Source: Akkermansia muciniphila (GTDB taxonomy: Bacteria > Verrucomicrobiota > Verrucomicrobiia > Limisphaerales > SIAT01). Taken from it: DNA of 64,000 bases. Shown piece after piece: positions 47,657 to 58,500 of this stretch; the stretch's first letter is position 1; every line of letters starts with the position of its first letter. The DNA lies in contig CAMDJP010000004.1 of assembly GCA_945900775.1 (NCBI GenBank), forward strand, positions 25,919 to 89,918, read 5' to 3'. The translations under genes and the position numbers were made by a program. The notes beneath the pieces are model-generated. The model did no database searches, was not told the DNA's origin, and saw nothing but the letters and a program-made list of their open reading frames with translations.

Positions 47657-48502
47657 TCAGGCCTTCTTTCGGCCGATAATGTTGGTGTAACGGCGGCCGG
47701 GATGGCGGGCGATAAGCGCGTCGAAGTCGGTCAGCGGTAGAAGCTGGCCTCCGGCGGTCAACTCGGAAAGTTCGAGACCGAGGTTACGCAGTTCTTCGAG
47801 AAAGGCTTTTGGATTCGTGCCAGCTTGCCGCAGGCCATGGGGCCAGAACTCGGTCATCAGCACGAGGCTTGGAGAGCGGCGGATCGTCTGCTCAAGGCCG
47901 GCGATGACCCCGCCTTCAGCCCCCTGCACGTCGATTTTGATGAAGTCCACCCGCTCGACACCGAGGCGTTCGAGGAGTTCATCGACAGGCGCGGTCTCAA
48001 CCTCGACCGCCTGCCAGTCGGCTGCAGTGCTGGCATCGGGCTGATAGAGGCGATTATCGCCGCGGTTATCAGAGGAGACGAAGAGCTTTAGTCGGCCTCG
48101 TGTCGCCGCGGCGGCGATGGGCATGGCTGTGACATTCGTCGCGTTGTTGGCAGCGATGGTTTCTTTCAGGAAGCCGTGGCTCTCGGGGTCGGGCTCGAGT
48201 GCGATGATTTTTCCGGAGGGACCAATCCGTTTGCACGCGAGCGCGGTGTAGAAACCGATGTTGGCGCCGACGTCTAGGAAGGTCATGCCCGGCTTGCAGG
48301 TGTCGCGGAAGAAGGCGAGCTCGCCGCGTTCGTACACGCGGAAGAAGAGCGCGCCCGAGACGACAGGGTCGCGCGGGTTGAGGACGATTACGGCATCATC
48401 GTAACGTACGATGCGGGGGAGCAGCGCGCGGATGAGCCAGTTGGCGAAGCGTCGGAGCGGGCGCGGGCGGAGCAGCGTGCAGTAGATGAATTCCGCAATC
48501 AT
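47657..48502 (-). CDS. FkbM-family SAM-dependent methyltransferase
   Basis: FLDVGANIGFYT (SAM-binding motif I), IIALEP and FIKIDVQGAE. Confidence 0.8.
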   Translation of the reverse strand: MIAEFIYCTLLRPRPLRRFANWLIRALLPRIVRYDDAVIVLNPRDPVVSGALFFRVYERGELAFFRDTCKPGMTFLDVGANIGFYTALACKRIGPSGKIIALEPDPESHGFLKETIAANNATNVTAMPIAAAATRGRLKLFVSSDNRGDNRLYQPDASTAADWQAVEVETAPVDELLERLGVERVDFIKIDVQGAEGGVIAGLEQTIRRSPSLVLMTEFWPHGLRQAGTNPKAFLEELRNLGLELSELTAGGQLLPLTDFDALIARHPGRRYTNIIGRKKA

Positions 48503-48511
48503 CGCTCGGGC

Positions 48512-49468
48512 TCAGATGCCGTGAGCTTCGCGATACCAAGAGACGAAGCGCCGGATGCCTTCCTCGATCTTGACCTGTGGATTATAGCCAAGCAGGCGCT
48601 GGGCTTTTTCGATGTTTGCGTAGGTGGCGACTACGTCACCGGGCTGCATCGGTTGGCGGTCGATGATGGCTTTGCGACCAAGCTGCTTCTCCAGCAACTC
48701 GATCATGTAGTCGAGCTTGACTGACTGTGATTCGCCGAGATTGATGATCTCGTAGCCGAACTCACGGTTCATGGTCGCCACGACCCCGTCCACGTTGTCG
48801 TCCACGTAGGTGTAATCGCGTGAGGTGGAGCCGTCGCCGAAGACAGGGATCGGCTTTCCGGCGGCAATCAGCTTGCAAAACTTGTAGATGGCGAGGTCGG
48901 GGCGCTGACGCGGGCCGTACACGGTGAAGAAGCGCAGCACGCAGACATCCATGCCGTAAATGTGGTGATAGACGTGGCCGAGCGATTCGCAGGCGAGCTT
49001 GGTGGAGGCGTAGGGCGAGATGGCGGTGAAGATCGGGTCGTCCTCGGAGAAAGGCAGGCGCGAGTTCGTGCCGTACACCGAGGAGGTGGAGGCGATGGTG
49101 ACCTTCTTCACGCCACTGAGCCGCGCGGCCTCGAGCAGGTTGACTGTGCCTTCGACGTTCACGCGCGCGTAGAGGATGGGATCGAGAAGGCTCGGGCGCA
49201 CGCCGGCCCGTGCAGCGAGGTGGATCATCTGGTCGAACCGTACACTGGCGAAGAGTTCGTCCACTGCCGCGCGGTCGGTGATATCGCCATGCACGAACGT
49301 GAACGGCTTAGCGAGCGCCTGCAGGTGGCGCAGTCGGCCCTGCTTGATGGCGGGGTCGTAGTAAGCGTTGAGGTCGTCGATGGTCCAGACGTGATGGCCC
49401 TGCTTCAGCAGTCGTTCACAGACGTGCGAGCCGATAAAACCTGCGCCTCCTGTGACCAGAATGTTCAC
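48512..49468 (-). CDS. NAD-dependent nucleotide-sugar epimerase/dehydratase (SDR extended family)
   Basis: MNILVTGGAGFIGSH Rossmann motif; catalytic YASTK (SPYASTKLACE). Confidence 0.9.
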   Translation of the reverse strand: MNILVTGGAGFIGSHVCERLLKQGHHVWTIDDLNAYYDPAIKQGRLRHLQALAKPFTFVHGDITDRAAVDELFASVRFDQMIHLAARAGVRPSLLDPILYARVNVEGTVNLLEAARLSGVKKVTIASTSSVYGTNSRLPFSEDDPIFTAISPYASTKLACESLGHVYHHIYGMDVCVLRFFTVYGPRQRPDLAIYKFCKLIAAGKPIPVFGDGSTSRDYTYVDDNVDGVVATMNREFGYEIINLGESQSVKLDYMIELLEKQLGRKAIIDRQPMQPGDVVATYANIEKAQRLLGYNPQVKIEEGIRRFVSWYREAHGI

Positions 49469-49576
49469 GGGGCGGACGCTACCAAAACGCGCGCGCGCTT
49501 GTCGAGTGCCGCAGCGATGTCGCCTGTGTGCAATTTACGCTTGGCTCGGGTGGGGCCTTTCGCATAATCCGCCCCG

Positions 49577-50461
49577 ATGAACGAGACGTTACTGAAAATT
49601 GATCTCCCCGGAGTCACCAAGGTGAAGAGTGGAAAAGTGCGCGAGGTGTTCGACCTCGGCGAACACCTCCTCTTCGTGGCCAGCGACCGCATCTCCGCGT
49701 TCGACTGCGTGATGCCCAATGGCATCCCGCGAAAGGGCGAGGTGCTCACGCAGATCTCCCATTTCTGGTTCGACCAAACCGAGCGTCTCGTGCCGAATCA
49801 TCGCGTCGGCCGCAGCGGCGATCTTCCTGCTCAGCTCGCCGGTTTTGCGGACGCGCTGGGCCGCCGCAGCATGGTGGTGAAGAAGGCCCAACCGCTCGCC
49901 ATCGAGTGCATCGTTCGCGGCTACCTCTCTGGCTCCGGCTGGAAGGAGTACAAGAAGCAAGGCACTGTCTGCGGCATCAAACTGCCCGTCGGCCTCCGGG
50001 AGTCTGATGAATTGCCCGAACCGATTTTCACCCCCTCCACCAAGGCTGACACTGGTCACGACGAGAATATCTCCTTTGATGAAGCGGTGAAGATCGAGGG
50101 CGCTGCCGTCACCGAGAAGGTGCGTGACTTGAGCCTGAAAATCTACAAGCAGGCGCGTGACTACGCCCGCCAGCGCGGCATCATCATCGCCGACACGAAG
50201 TTCGAGTTCGGCAAGTTCGGTGGCGACCTCATCCTCATCGATGAGGTGCTTACGCCCGATTCCTCGCGCTTCTGGCCGGCGGACCAGTACAAGCCGGGCC
50301 AAGGCCAGCCGAGCTTCGATAAGCAATTCGTGCGCGATTACCTCGAGACCCTTAGTTGGGATAAAAACCCGCCCGCCCCTGCGCTCCCCGCCGACATCGT
50401 CGCCAAGACACAGACGAAATACCTCGAGGCCTACGAGCAGCTTACCGGCCGAAAGCTCTGA
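49577..50461 (+). CDS. purC: Phosphoribosylaminoimidazole-succinocarboxamide synthase
   Basis: [29 protein letters not shown] and [11 protein letters not shown]. Confidence 0.95.
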   Translation: MNETLLKIDLPGVTKVKSGKVREVFDLGEHLLFVASDRISAFDCVMPNGIPRKGEVLTQISHFWFDQTERLVPNHRVGRSGDLPAQLAGFADALGRRSMVVKKAQPLAIECIVRGYLSGSGWKEYKKQGTVCGIKLPVGLRESDELPEPIFTPSTKADTGHDENISFDEAVKIEGAAVTEKVRDLSLKIYKQARDYARQRGIIIADTKFEFGKFGGDLILIDEVLTPDSSRFWPADQYKPGQGQPSFDKQFVRDYLETLSWDKNPPAPALPADIVAKTQTKYLEAYEQLTGRKL

Positions 50462-50612
50462 TACCCTCTGGCACAGGTCGCAGAGCGCGACCCTTCGAAA
50501 GAGAATGGACATTGTCGAGGGGGGATTAAGCTGGTCGTTCGGCCGGGCACGGGCGCGCTGAACGCCTCGCGACTTGCGCGAACGCAGGCCGGCCGCAACA
50601 ATCACGCCGGCC

Positions 50613-51533
50613 ATGCAAAACCTCGTCGAGGATTTCCTGCAGCACCTGCGCCACGAGCGCGGGCAGGCGGACCACACGCAGCGGACCTACGCGGCGTTGC
50701 TCGGCAAGTTCGTCGCGTGGTCTGAGCGCCAAGGCATCGGCGACTGGCGAGCCGTGGAGATGCGCCATCTGATGGATTTCCTCCAGCACGAGCGGACGCG
50801 ACGGCTCGACGGCGAACCGAAGGAATCTGCGAAACGGCTCAGTGCCGAGAGTGCCTACCTCCAAATCGCTGCGCTACGGTCTTTCTACAAGTTCGCCGAA
50901 ACGGAGAAGTATGTTAGTCGGAACATTGCCGAGGACCTCGCGTTGCCGAAACGCTGGAAACGTTTGCCCAAGGCACTGACAGCCGAAGAGGTGGAGCAAC
51001 TGCTGCGGCCGCTCGCGCCAGAGACGCCCGATTCGCTTTGTGACCAAGCGATGCTGGAGTTGGCTTACGCGAGCGGGCTGCGTCTCGCGGAACTGCGCGG
51101 GTTGCGCGTGGAGCAGTTGCATCTGGAAGCTGGCTTCATCAACGTAATCGGTAAGGGTAACAAGGAACGCGTGGTGCCGGTCGGTCGTGCGGCGGTGGCG
51201 GCGGTGCAGCGGTACCTCGATGTGGGCCGGCCGAAGCTCGTCACACCGCGCTCGCCGGCGACCGTGTTCTTGACGAAGCGCGGGACGCCGTTCGCGTCGG
51301 TCACACTCTGGTGGCGTATCAAGCGCCGTTCGCGGCTGGCAGGTATCGTGCGCAATCTCACGCCGCACATGCTGCGGCACAGTTTCGCCACACACCTGCT
51401 GGATCGTGGTGCGGATCTGCGCGTCATACAGGAGATGCTCGGTCACGCGAGCATCAGCACTACCGAGGTCTACACGCACGTGGCGGGCAGCCGCTTGCGT
51501 GAAGTGCACCGGAAGTTTCATCCGCGGGCCTGA
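50613..51533 (+). CDS. Tyrosine site-specific recombinase, XerC/XerD family
   Basis: ATG at 50613 (MQNLVEDFLQHLRHERG). Catalytic residues in GLRLAELRGL, HMLRHSFATHLL and LGHASISTTEVYTHV. Confidence 0.9.
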   Translation: MQNLVEDFLQHLRHERGQADHTQRTYAALLGKFVAWSERQGIGDWRAVEMRHLMDFLQHERTRRLDGEPKESAKRLSAESAYLQIAALRSFYKFAETEKYVSRNIAEDLALPKRWKRLPKALTAEEVEQLLRPLAPETPDSLCDQAMLELAYASGLRLAELRGLRVEQLHLEAGFINVIGKGNKERVVPVGRAAVAAVQRYLDVGRPKLVTPRSPATVFLTKRGTPFASVTLWWRIKRRSRLAGIVRNLTPHMLRHSFATHLLDRGADLRVIQEMLGHASISTTEVYTHVAGSRLREVHRKFHPRA

Positions 51534-51632
51534 ACGATTAGTCGTGCGCCGCTTATGCATGAGCGCGATTCAAGGGCGTGACGGAAGAAGGATTGAAACT
51601 GGCGATGCTCTCATCCACTCTCTCTGCTCTTT

Positions 51633-53192
51633 ATGCAAGAGGACCAACTCGACGAACTGCTCACCTGCCGTCTCGATTCCGGCCGCAAAGCCGTGGAGCC
51701 GTGTACTATCGTCATCTTTGGTGCTAGCGGCGATCTCACGGCCCGTAAGTTGATTCCCGCGCTCTACCATCTCTCCGTCGAGAAGCAGATGGCAACGCCC
51801 TTCCGCGTCATCGGTTTTGCGCGGCGCGAGAAATCCGACGCCAGCTTTCGTGAGGAGATGAAGCAAGCGCTCCAGCAGTTTTCGCGCACGAAGACGGTGG
51901 ACGCGGTGACTTGGGACGACTTTGCCGCGAATCTGCACTATTGCCAGGGCGACCTGACCGACGCAGCCGCTTACAAAAAGCTGGCCGATTCGCTGGCAAC
52001 TTTTCCTGACGAGCGGTTGCGGCGCAATCTGCTCTTTTACCTCTCGATTGGACCGAGCCAGTTTGCCCCGGTGGTCGAGCATTGTCACGAGGCAGGCCTG
52101 CTGGCTCGGAACGAGGCAGGACCATTCTGGCAGCGCGTGGTGGTCGAGAAGCCTTTCGGCCACGATGCGCCCTCGGCCCAGAAGCTCAATGCCGAGTTGA
52201 CTCGCTTCGCTCACGAGCGGCAGATCTTCCGCATCGACCATTACCTCGGCAAGGAGACGGTCCAGAACATCCTCATGTTCCGCTTCTCCAACTCCATCTT
52301 CGAGCGGCTCTGGAATCGCGAGTCGGTGGACCATGTGCAAATCACCGTGAGCGAGAAACTCGGTGTCGGCGGACGCGGCGGCTACTACGAAGAGGCCGGT
52401 GCGCTGCGCGACATGGTGCAGAACCACCTCTTGCAGGTACTCGCGCTGGTGGCGATGGAGCCACCAGTCTCGCTCCAGGCCGAGTCGGTGCGCGACGAAA
52501 AGGTGAAGGCGCTCAAGGCCATCCGCCCGCTCAACACGGAGGACGTCGCGCGACAGGTGGTGCGTGGTCAGTACTTCGCGGGGATGATTGATAATCAATT
52601 GCGCCCGGGCTACCGCCAAGAGACGAAGGTGGCGACGAACTCCAACACGGAGACCTACGCCGCGCTCAAGCTCTTCATCGACAACTGGCGCTGGAGCGGC
52701 GTGCCGTTCTATTTACGCACCGGCAAGAACCTGCCGCTCAGTGCGAGCGAGGTTCGCATCCAGTTCCGGCCTACACCAAACGTTCTCTTCGCCGCGAAGT
52801 CGGGAGGCAAGCTCGACCCGAACGCGCTCACACTGCGGCTCCAGCCGAACGAGGGCATCTCCATCCGCTTCAACGGCAAGGTCCCCGGCACCAGCACGCA
52901 GGTGCGTCCGGTGCGGATGCACTTCGGCTACGACACCGAGTTCGGCGCCTATACCCCCGAGGCGTACGAGCGACTGTTGCTCGAGGCGATGGCTGGCGAC
53001 GCCACACTTTTCATCCGCCGTGACGAGGTGGAGACGGCGTGGGGCATTGTGGACCCAATCCGTGCCGCCTGGGGTGAGAAGCCAATCACCAACCGCGAGT
53101 TCTACTCGGCGGGCACATGGGGACCGGTGGCGTCGGAGGACCTGCTCGCCCAGGCTGGTCATGTCTGGCGCGACCCGCAGCCGTTGAAGTGA
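51633..53192 (+). CDS. zwf: Glucose-6-phosphate dehydrogenase
   Basis: NADP site IFGASGDLTARKL; active site RIDHYLGKE. The length is typical. Confidence 0.95.
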   Translation: MQEDQLDELLTCRLDSGRKAVEPCTIVIFGASGDLTARKLIPALYHLSVEKQMATPFRVIGFARREKSDASFREEMKQALQQFSRTKTVDAVTWDDFAANLHYCQGDLTDAAAYKKLADSLATFPDERLRRNLLFYLSIGPSQFAPVVEHCHEAGLLARNEAGPFWQRVVVEKPFGHDAPSAQKLNAELTRFAHERQIFRIDHYLGKETVQNILMFRFSNSIFERLWNRESVDHVQITVSEKLGVGGRGGYYEEAGALRDMVQNHLLQVLALVAMEPPVSLQAESVRDEKVKALKAIRPLNTEDVARQVVRGQYFAGMIDNQLRPGYRQETKVATNSNTETYAALKLFIDNWRWSGVPFYLRTGKNLPLSASEVRIQFRPTPNVLFAAKSGGKLDPNALTLRLQPNEGISIRFNGKVPGTSTQVRPVRMHFGYDTEFGAYTPEAYERLLLEAMAGDATLFIRRDEVETAWGIVDPIRAAWGEKPITNREFYSAGTWGPVASEDLLAQAGHVWRDPQPLK

Positions 53193-53207
53193 TGAAGTAA
53201 TCGGGCC

Positions 53208-53927
53208 ATGCCGCGTCACGAACTGATCCCGTTCGCCGACAACCTCTCGCTTGCCCGTGCTGTGGCTGAACGCTGGCTGGCATTACTCGCCAAGCATTCC
53301 GCAGGCGCGCCGTTCTGCGTCGCGCTCTCCGGAGGTCGCATCCCCAAATTGTTCTACGCCGAGATTGTTCGGCTCGCTGCTGGGCAAACGAAGATTTTCG
53401 CGAGCGTCCATTTCTTCTGGGGCGACGAACGTTGTGTGCCGCCTGGCGATCCGGAGAGCAATTTCGCGTTGGCGAACGAACACCTTTTCAAGCCGCTCGG
53501 AATCGCTTCAGAAAATATTCATCGTGTCCGGGGCGAACTCGCGCCGGATGAAGGCGCTGCGGAAGCGGCGCGTGAAATTGCGCGTGTTGTGTCGGCGAAT
53601 GCCGCAGGCCAACCCGTGTTCGACCTCGTCTTCCTTGGAATGGGTGAGGATGGCCATGTGGCCTCCCTGTTTCCTGGTGAGAGCGAAGAGGCGGTGTCGA
53701 GCAGTGCCGTCTGTTGCGCGGTGATGGCGTCGAAGCCGCCCCCGCGGCGTATTACACTCGGCTACGCTGCTCTGGCCGCAGCCAAGGAAGTCTGGGTGAT
53801 GGCCTCGGGCGCAGGCAAAGAGACAGCGTTGATGAAATCCATCTCGGAGAACGGCCACACGCCGTTAGCGCGGCTCCTGCGGCTGCGCGCAATCACGCGA
53901 ATCTTCAGTGATATCAAGCCGACTTGA
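53208..53927 (+). CDS. pgl: 6-phosphogluconolactonase
   Basis: ALSGGRIP, FWGDERCVP and GMGEDGHVASLFPG. Lies immediately downstream of zwf. Confidence 0.9.
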   Translation: MPRHELIPFADNLSLARAVAERWLALLAKHSAGAPFCVALSGGRIPKLFYAEIVRLAAGQTKIFASVHFFWGDERCVPPGDPESNFALANEHLFKPLGIASENIHRVRGELAPDEGAAEAAREIARVVSANAAGQPVFDLVFLGMGEDGHVASLFPGESEEAVSSSAVCCAVMASKPPPRRITLGYAALAAAKEVWVMASGAGKETALMKSISENGHTPLARLLRLRAITRIFSDIKPT

Positions 53928-53957
53928 GCGGTGGAAGGCGCTGCGGCGCCGACGTGA

Positions 53958-54131
53958 TCAGATGTACTTCAGGTAGATGACGACGGCCGTGGCAAGAAGG
54001 ATTGTGGCGAGGGTCACGCTGCCGATAATGAAGACGATGGCAATCCGGCTGACCTCAGCCTCGCTGACCTGCTTCGGGAGCGGAGCAGCCGGCGTCGTAT
54101 CGTGCGACGTAGATTTTGCCAGAGATGGCAT
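53958..54131 (-). CDS. Small single-pass membrane protein (hypothetical)
   Basis: 57 aa counted from ATG 54129-54131, which is preceded on the minus strand by GGAGGAAAACAAAGGC (a strong Shine-Dalgarno). C-terminal TM IAIVFIIGSVTLATILLATAVVIYL. Confidence 0.4.
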   Translation of the reverse strand: MPSLAKSTSHDTTPAAPLPKQVSEAEVSRIAIVFIIGSVTLATILLATAVVIYLKYI

Positions 54132-54639
54132 GCCTTTGTTTTCCTCCAACAATCCGAAAATTATAGTGTCATCGACTATCTTTGCCTATCAGGGCTTCGC
54201 TGACTTTGGCGTAGGGGATTCCCTTATGCTTGGGAATGAACTTATGAACTGCTAACCCCCCGCTTCAGAGAAGAAAGACGCCTGGGAGCGCAGAGAAATT
54301 CACATCGGCTGGGACTGTCCGTGATGGGTGGGCGGGTTCCTCGACTCGACAATTCGCGCAGGAGGGGAAGGAAGAGAGAGTCCCCATCGACTCGGTGAAC
54401 AAGGGCGAGTTTTTCGTGAACATCTCGCAATTGATCACATTCGGACTGCTGCTCGTGCTGAAGGTGCAGGAGCAGAGGTAGCAATTATTAGTGATTATTC
54501 ATCATAGCCTCAGCCTGCGGAAAATCCCGATGGCGTTCTGAGGTCGAGGCTCCGGGGATGGGCAACCGCACTGTCCGAGGGCCGTTTGGAGGCCGATTTG
54601 CGCTTGGCTGGCTCGAGGTGCTGCGTCATTCTGCGGAGC

Positions 54640-55548
54640 ATGAAGCTACCTCCCGCCATCGTTCGTCTGCTTGCAGCAGCCTTTCTTGCCGTCGGTTCGT
54701 TTTCGCATGCTGAAGAGAAGCTCTTTGTCGCTACACCGCTCACCGAGTCGAAGCAGTTCACTCCCGGTATCGAGGGGCCTGCCTGCGATCGCGCGGGGAA
54801 TATCTATGCGGTCAACTTCGCGAAGCAGCAGACCGTTGGGCGCACTGCGCCTGACGGCAAGAGCGAGATTTTTGTGACGTTGCCCGGCAAAAGTACTGGG
54901 AACGGCATCGTGTTCGACCGCGATGGGGTGATGTTAATCGCCGATTACGTCGGGCACAACGTGCTGCGCGTCGATATGGCAACGCGTGACATCACTGTCT
55001 TCGCGCACAACCCGGCGATGAACCAGCCGAATGACCTCGCGCTCGGGCCCGACGGCACCTTGTACGCCAGCGATCCTGATTGGAAGAACGAGACGGGACA
55101 GCTTTGGAGGATTGATCGCGACGGCAAGACGACGCGGTTGGCGGAAAAGATGGGCACGACCAACGGTATCGAGGTTAGTCCTGATGGAAAGACGCTTTAC
55201 GTGAACGAGAGTGTGCAGCGCAATGTCTGGGCCTTCGATATCGCCGCCGACCGCACGCTGAAGAACAAGCGACTGCTCCGCAAGTTCGAGGATCACGGCT
55301 TCGACGGGATGCGCGCGGATGTCGATGGCAACCTGTACATCACGCGTTACGGAAAGGGCGTCGTGGCGGTCGTCTCACCGAAGGGCGAGTTGCTGCGCGA
55401 GATTAACGTACTGGGCAAGCAGCCGAGCAACCTCTGTTTCGGCGGGCCCGATGGCCGTACGGTCTATGTCACCGAAGTGGAGCACGCGCGCCTTGTTCAG
55501 TTTCGCGCGGATAAACCGGGCCTAGCTTGGCGGCGCTGGCAGAGGTGA
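54640..55548 (+). CDS. Secreted SMP-30/gluconolactonase/LRE-family beta-propeller protein
   Basis: ATG at 54640 with signal peptide MKLPPAIVRLLAAAFLAVGSFSHA. Repeats PNDLALGPDGTLYASD, TNGIEVSPDGKTLYV, DGMRADVDGNLYI and PSNLCFGGPDGRTVYVT. Confidence 0.85.
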   Translation: MKLPPAIVRLLAAAFLAVGSFSHAEEKLFVATPLTESKQFTPGIEGPACDRAGNIYAVNFAKQQTVGRTAPDGKSEIFVTLPGKSTGNGIVFDRDGVMLIADYVGHNVLRVDMATRDITVFAHNPAMNQPNDLALGPDGTLYASDPDWKNETGQLWRIDRDGKTTRLAEKMGTTNGIEVSPDGKTLYVNESVQRNVWAFDIAADRTLKNKRLLRKFEDHGFDGMRADVDGNLYITRYGKGVVAVVSPKGELLREINVLGKQPSNLCFGGPDGRTVYVTEVEHARLVQFRADKPGLAWRRWQR

Positions 55549-55574
55549 GGCTGATGCGGAGGCGGGTCACGCGA

Positions 55575-58500
55575 TTACTTCGCCGCCCGCTGCTGGCTTG
55601 AGCCCACGCTGAAGCTCCGTTCCACGCGGCTCACGTTGCCCTGCTTATCCTTCACCGACACGGTGATTTTTGCATTCGCAAGCAACGTAATCGGCTTGGC
55701 GAACTTCAATTCCAAAACACCCTGCGCGCCGGGCTTAAACAGTGACGCGAGGTTATCGCCGGCCGCTGCGCCATCCACGGCGAAGCTCGCGGTGACGGTC
55801 AGGCTGCCCGGATCGAGGCCGGTATAGTAGTCGTACATTCCGATGAGGATTCGGTCGAGGCGCATGTTCGCGCCGGCGCGCGGCAACGTGAGCGCGAGCG
55901 TCGGGCGATTGTCGTCAAGCGCCCAGCCGAAGCCGCGCCGAGCCGGGTTGGAGGCGTCGTAATCGAGGTCAATCGGGCAGCCAAGATCAATCCAGCGCAC
56001 GAGCATGAAGCGGTCAGAATCGGTCAACGGCGCGACTTTCACGAGGTCACCGGCGGGGTTCTTCGCCTGACCAGCCACGGCTGCGGCAGGCGGCATTTCT
56101 CTACCAGTGAAGTCGAGATCGTAGCGGTGGCGGTTCTTGTCGGTGGGCACGCGCTCACCTTTGTGGGTGAAGAAGCCCGCGCCGGGTTCCGCCTCGGAAG
56201 GGTGAGAGTCGTTCGTGAACCCGTCGAGTCGGTCGCCGAATATTTTCCAGACCAGCAGGCTGCGGCGGCTGGCCTGCTTGCGGATGTAGCGCGAGGCGTT
56301 GGGATAACCCCACGAATCGTAGCCAATCGGCTTGTGACCGAACTTGGCCCGCTCATCGAGCGCGAGGCGATAATAGGTGCCGGGGAACTTCCCGTGGTGC
56401 TCGTTCTGGATGAGCTCGTCGTCGGCATCGAGCGCGAGTTGGCCGGCTGGCTTATCGAACTTCTTCGAGTGGCAGGCGGTACAGCTGCGGTCGAGGATCG
56501 GCTTGATGTCGCGGAAGTACTCGGGCGAGACGACGGTGCCGACCTGCTGCGCGAGACGCAGGCCGCCGGCGTTTGAGGTGTCCCACTGCTGCTTCGATTC
56601 ATCACGCGCCTTCGTGGTGAGAAGCGGCGTGGTGTTGATGAGGTCCCACACCTTGTAATCGGGCTTCGCCGCGAGCGTGAGTCTGAAGTCGGTCGGCGAC
56701 TGGCTGTGCGAGTGACAGCCGCCGCAGTCGGTGCGCACTTCGCCGGGGCGGAGTTGGTGCCACGTCTGCGACGTGTTCAACACCATCCCGCGCCGGTCAA
56801 TGGTCTGGAACGTGAACGCCGTGTCGGCGGGAATCTTGGCGAGAAAACTCGTGTCGGGCTCGCCGTCGGGATCCTTCGGTTGGCCGAGGACATTCTCCTT
56901 CGCACCAGCGGCGAGCGTGCCGAACTTGCGCACGGGGATTTCGCCGAGGATGCGGAGGCGTTCGCTGGCGTGATTGTAAAACCGGCGGCCGTTTTGCGCG
57001 CCGCCCTTGCGATCGGTGGTTGGGTCCATCGCGATGATGCGGATGGCGTGGATGTCGCTGTTCTCGTACAGGCCGATGTCGCCGCCTTGGTTGTGAAGGC
57101 TGATTGGCATTCCGTTGCCGTGGCTAGTGAACGCGTCCAGCCCACGCCACGGATCGCTTTCCCTGCCCGAAAAAGTGGATGTCACCTTGCCAGCGGGCAC
57201 GATGCCATTCGGATAGCTCTCGCGCTTGTAGAGGCTTGAACTACCGATGAGGCCGAAGGGCGTCCCTTCGGGAAGATATTTGCTCGCCTTGCCGTCGTTG
57301 GCCAGTGACACGAGCCGCTTGGGCTCCTTCATGCCGTACGTGCGCGAATAAGGTACGAGCGCGCGCGGCCAGCTTTCGTTGTACTCCGGATCATTCTTGA
57401 TGAGCCGCATTTGTGCGGGTTCGTTCACCACGGCGCCGCCTTTGATCAAGTAGATGCCGCCGTCGAGTTGCGGCAGGTAGGTGTATTGATGGTTTACGGG
57501 CCCGGGCGAATAAACGGTCAGCATGTGGTTATCTGGCGCGCCGGACGGATGGGTGAACTTGCCGACGGCTGGGGAGGTCTTATCGCCCAGCACAGCACGG
57601 TCGGCGGGGCCTTCGTTGTTCAGGGCAAATGGTGTGAAGGAAATAGCCTGCTCCGGCATGAACGGCATGCGGTAGTACTTGCCCTTGCCGTTGTCGAAGC
57701 GACCGAAGCGCAGCGCCGGGTTGCGCGGGCTGCCCATGTGCGCGGGGCTGAAGGTGACGGTCGGCGGCATCTTGATATACGCGCCGAAGCCGCTGTTGTT
57801 CTGGTTGTAATACTCCTCGACGATAATCGAGCCGTCGCTGAGCTGCGTCTGGAAATGGAAACCATTGGCCGCGCCGCCCGGATCGAACGCGCTGACTAAG
57901 GGCGCCCAGTTTGAGCCATCGGGATGGATTGTCCAGATGCCCCACGAAATCTCGCTGCGGATGCCCTGGCTCTCCAGCGTGCTGAAAAGGATTCGGCCAT
58001 CCGCGAGCGCCACGGGATGCAACGCACCGGCGATATTCAGGTGGCCGATTTTCTCAAGGTTCACCGGCGTCTCGTTATCGCCGATGCTCGCGTCGGAGTC
58101 ATCCATCACGAAGAGTTGCAGCGCGATGGATGGATAACCTTTGGAGGGACGGAATCCGTCGCGGTTGCTCGTGAACACGATGCGCCCGCCCGGCAATGGA
58201 CACGGCCCCATGTTGAACACGCCGTAATCGAAGTGCGCCTTGCCCTGCTGGCCCGGGCGGAAGCCATCGGCCCAATCGGCTGCGCCCGTATTCGGCGTGA
58301 ACCGCTGATTCGTGAGCCGCACGATACGGCGCGTCTTCACGTGAATCTTGAAGATATCCGAGCCCTGCCGCGGCGGCGTCCATGGGCTGGCCTTCTGCAG
58401 ATTGTGGAGATGCGAGTAATAGACCCACTCGCCGTCGAATGAGACCATCGGGTCGGTAATTGAACCGGTGCCGCCGGTCACGAGCAGTTCCTCGCTGCCG

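Noticed and set aside
50613-51533. Tyrosine recombinase considered as a marker of an integrated mobile element
   Set aside because: Its sequence and length fit the chromosomal XerC/XerD dif recombinase. It sits between purC and zwf. No flanking direct repeats, tRNA gene, phage genes or transposon genes are visible.
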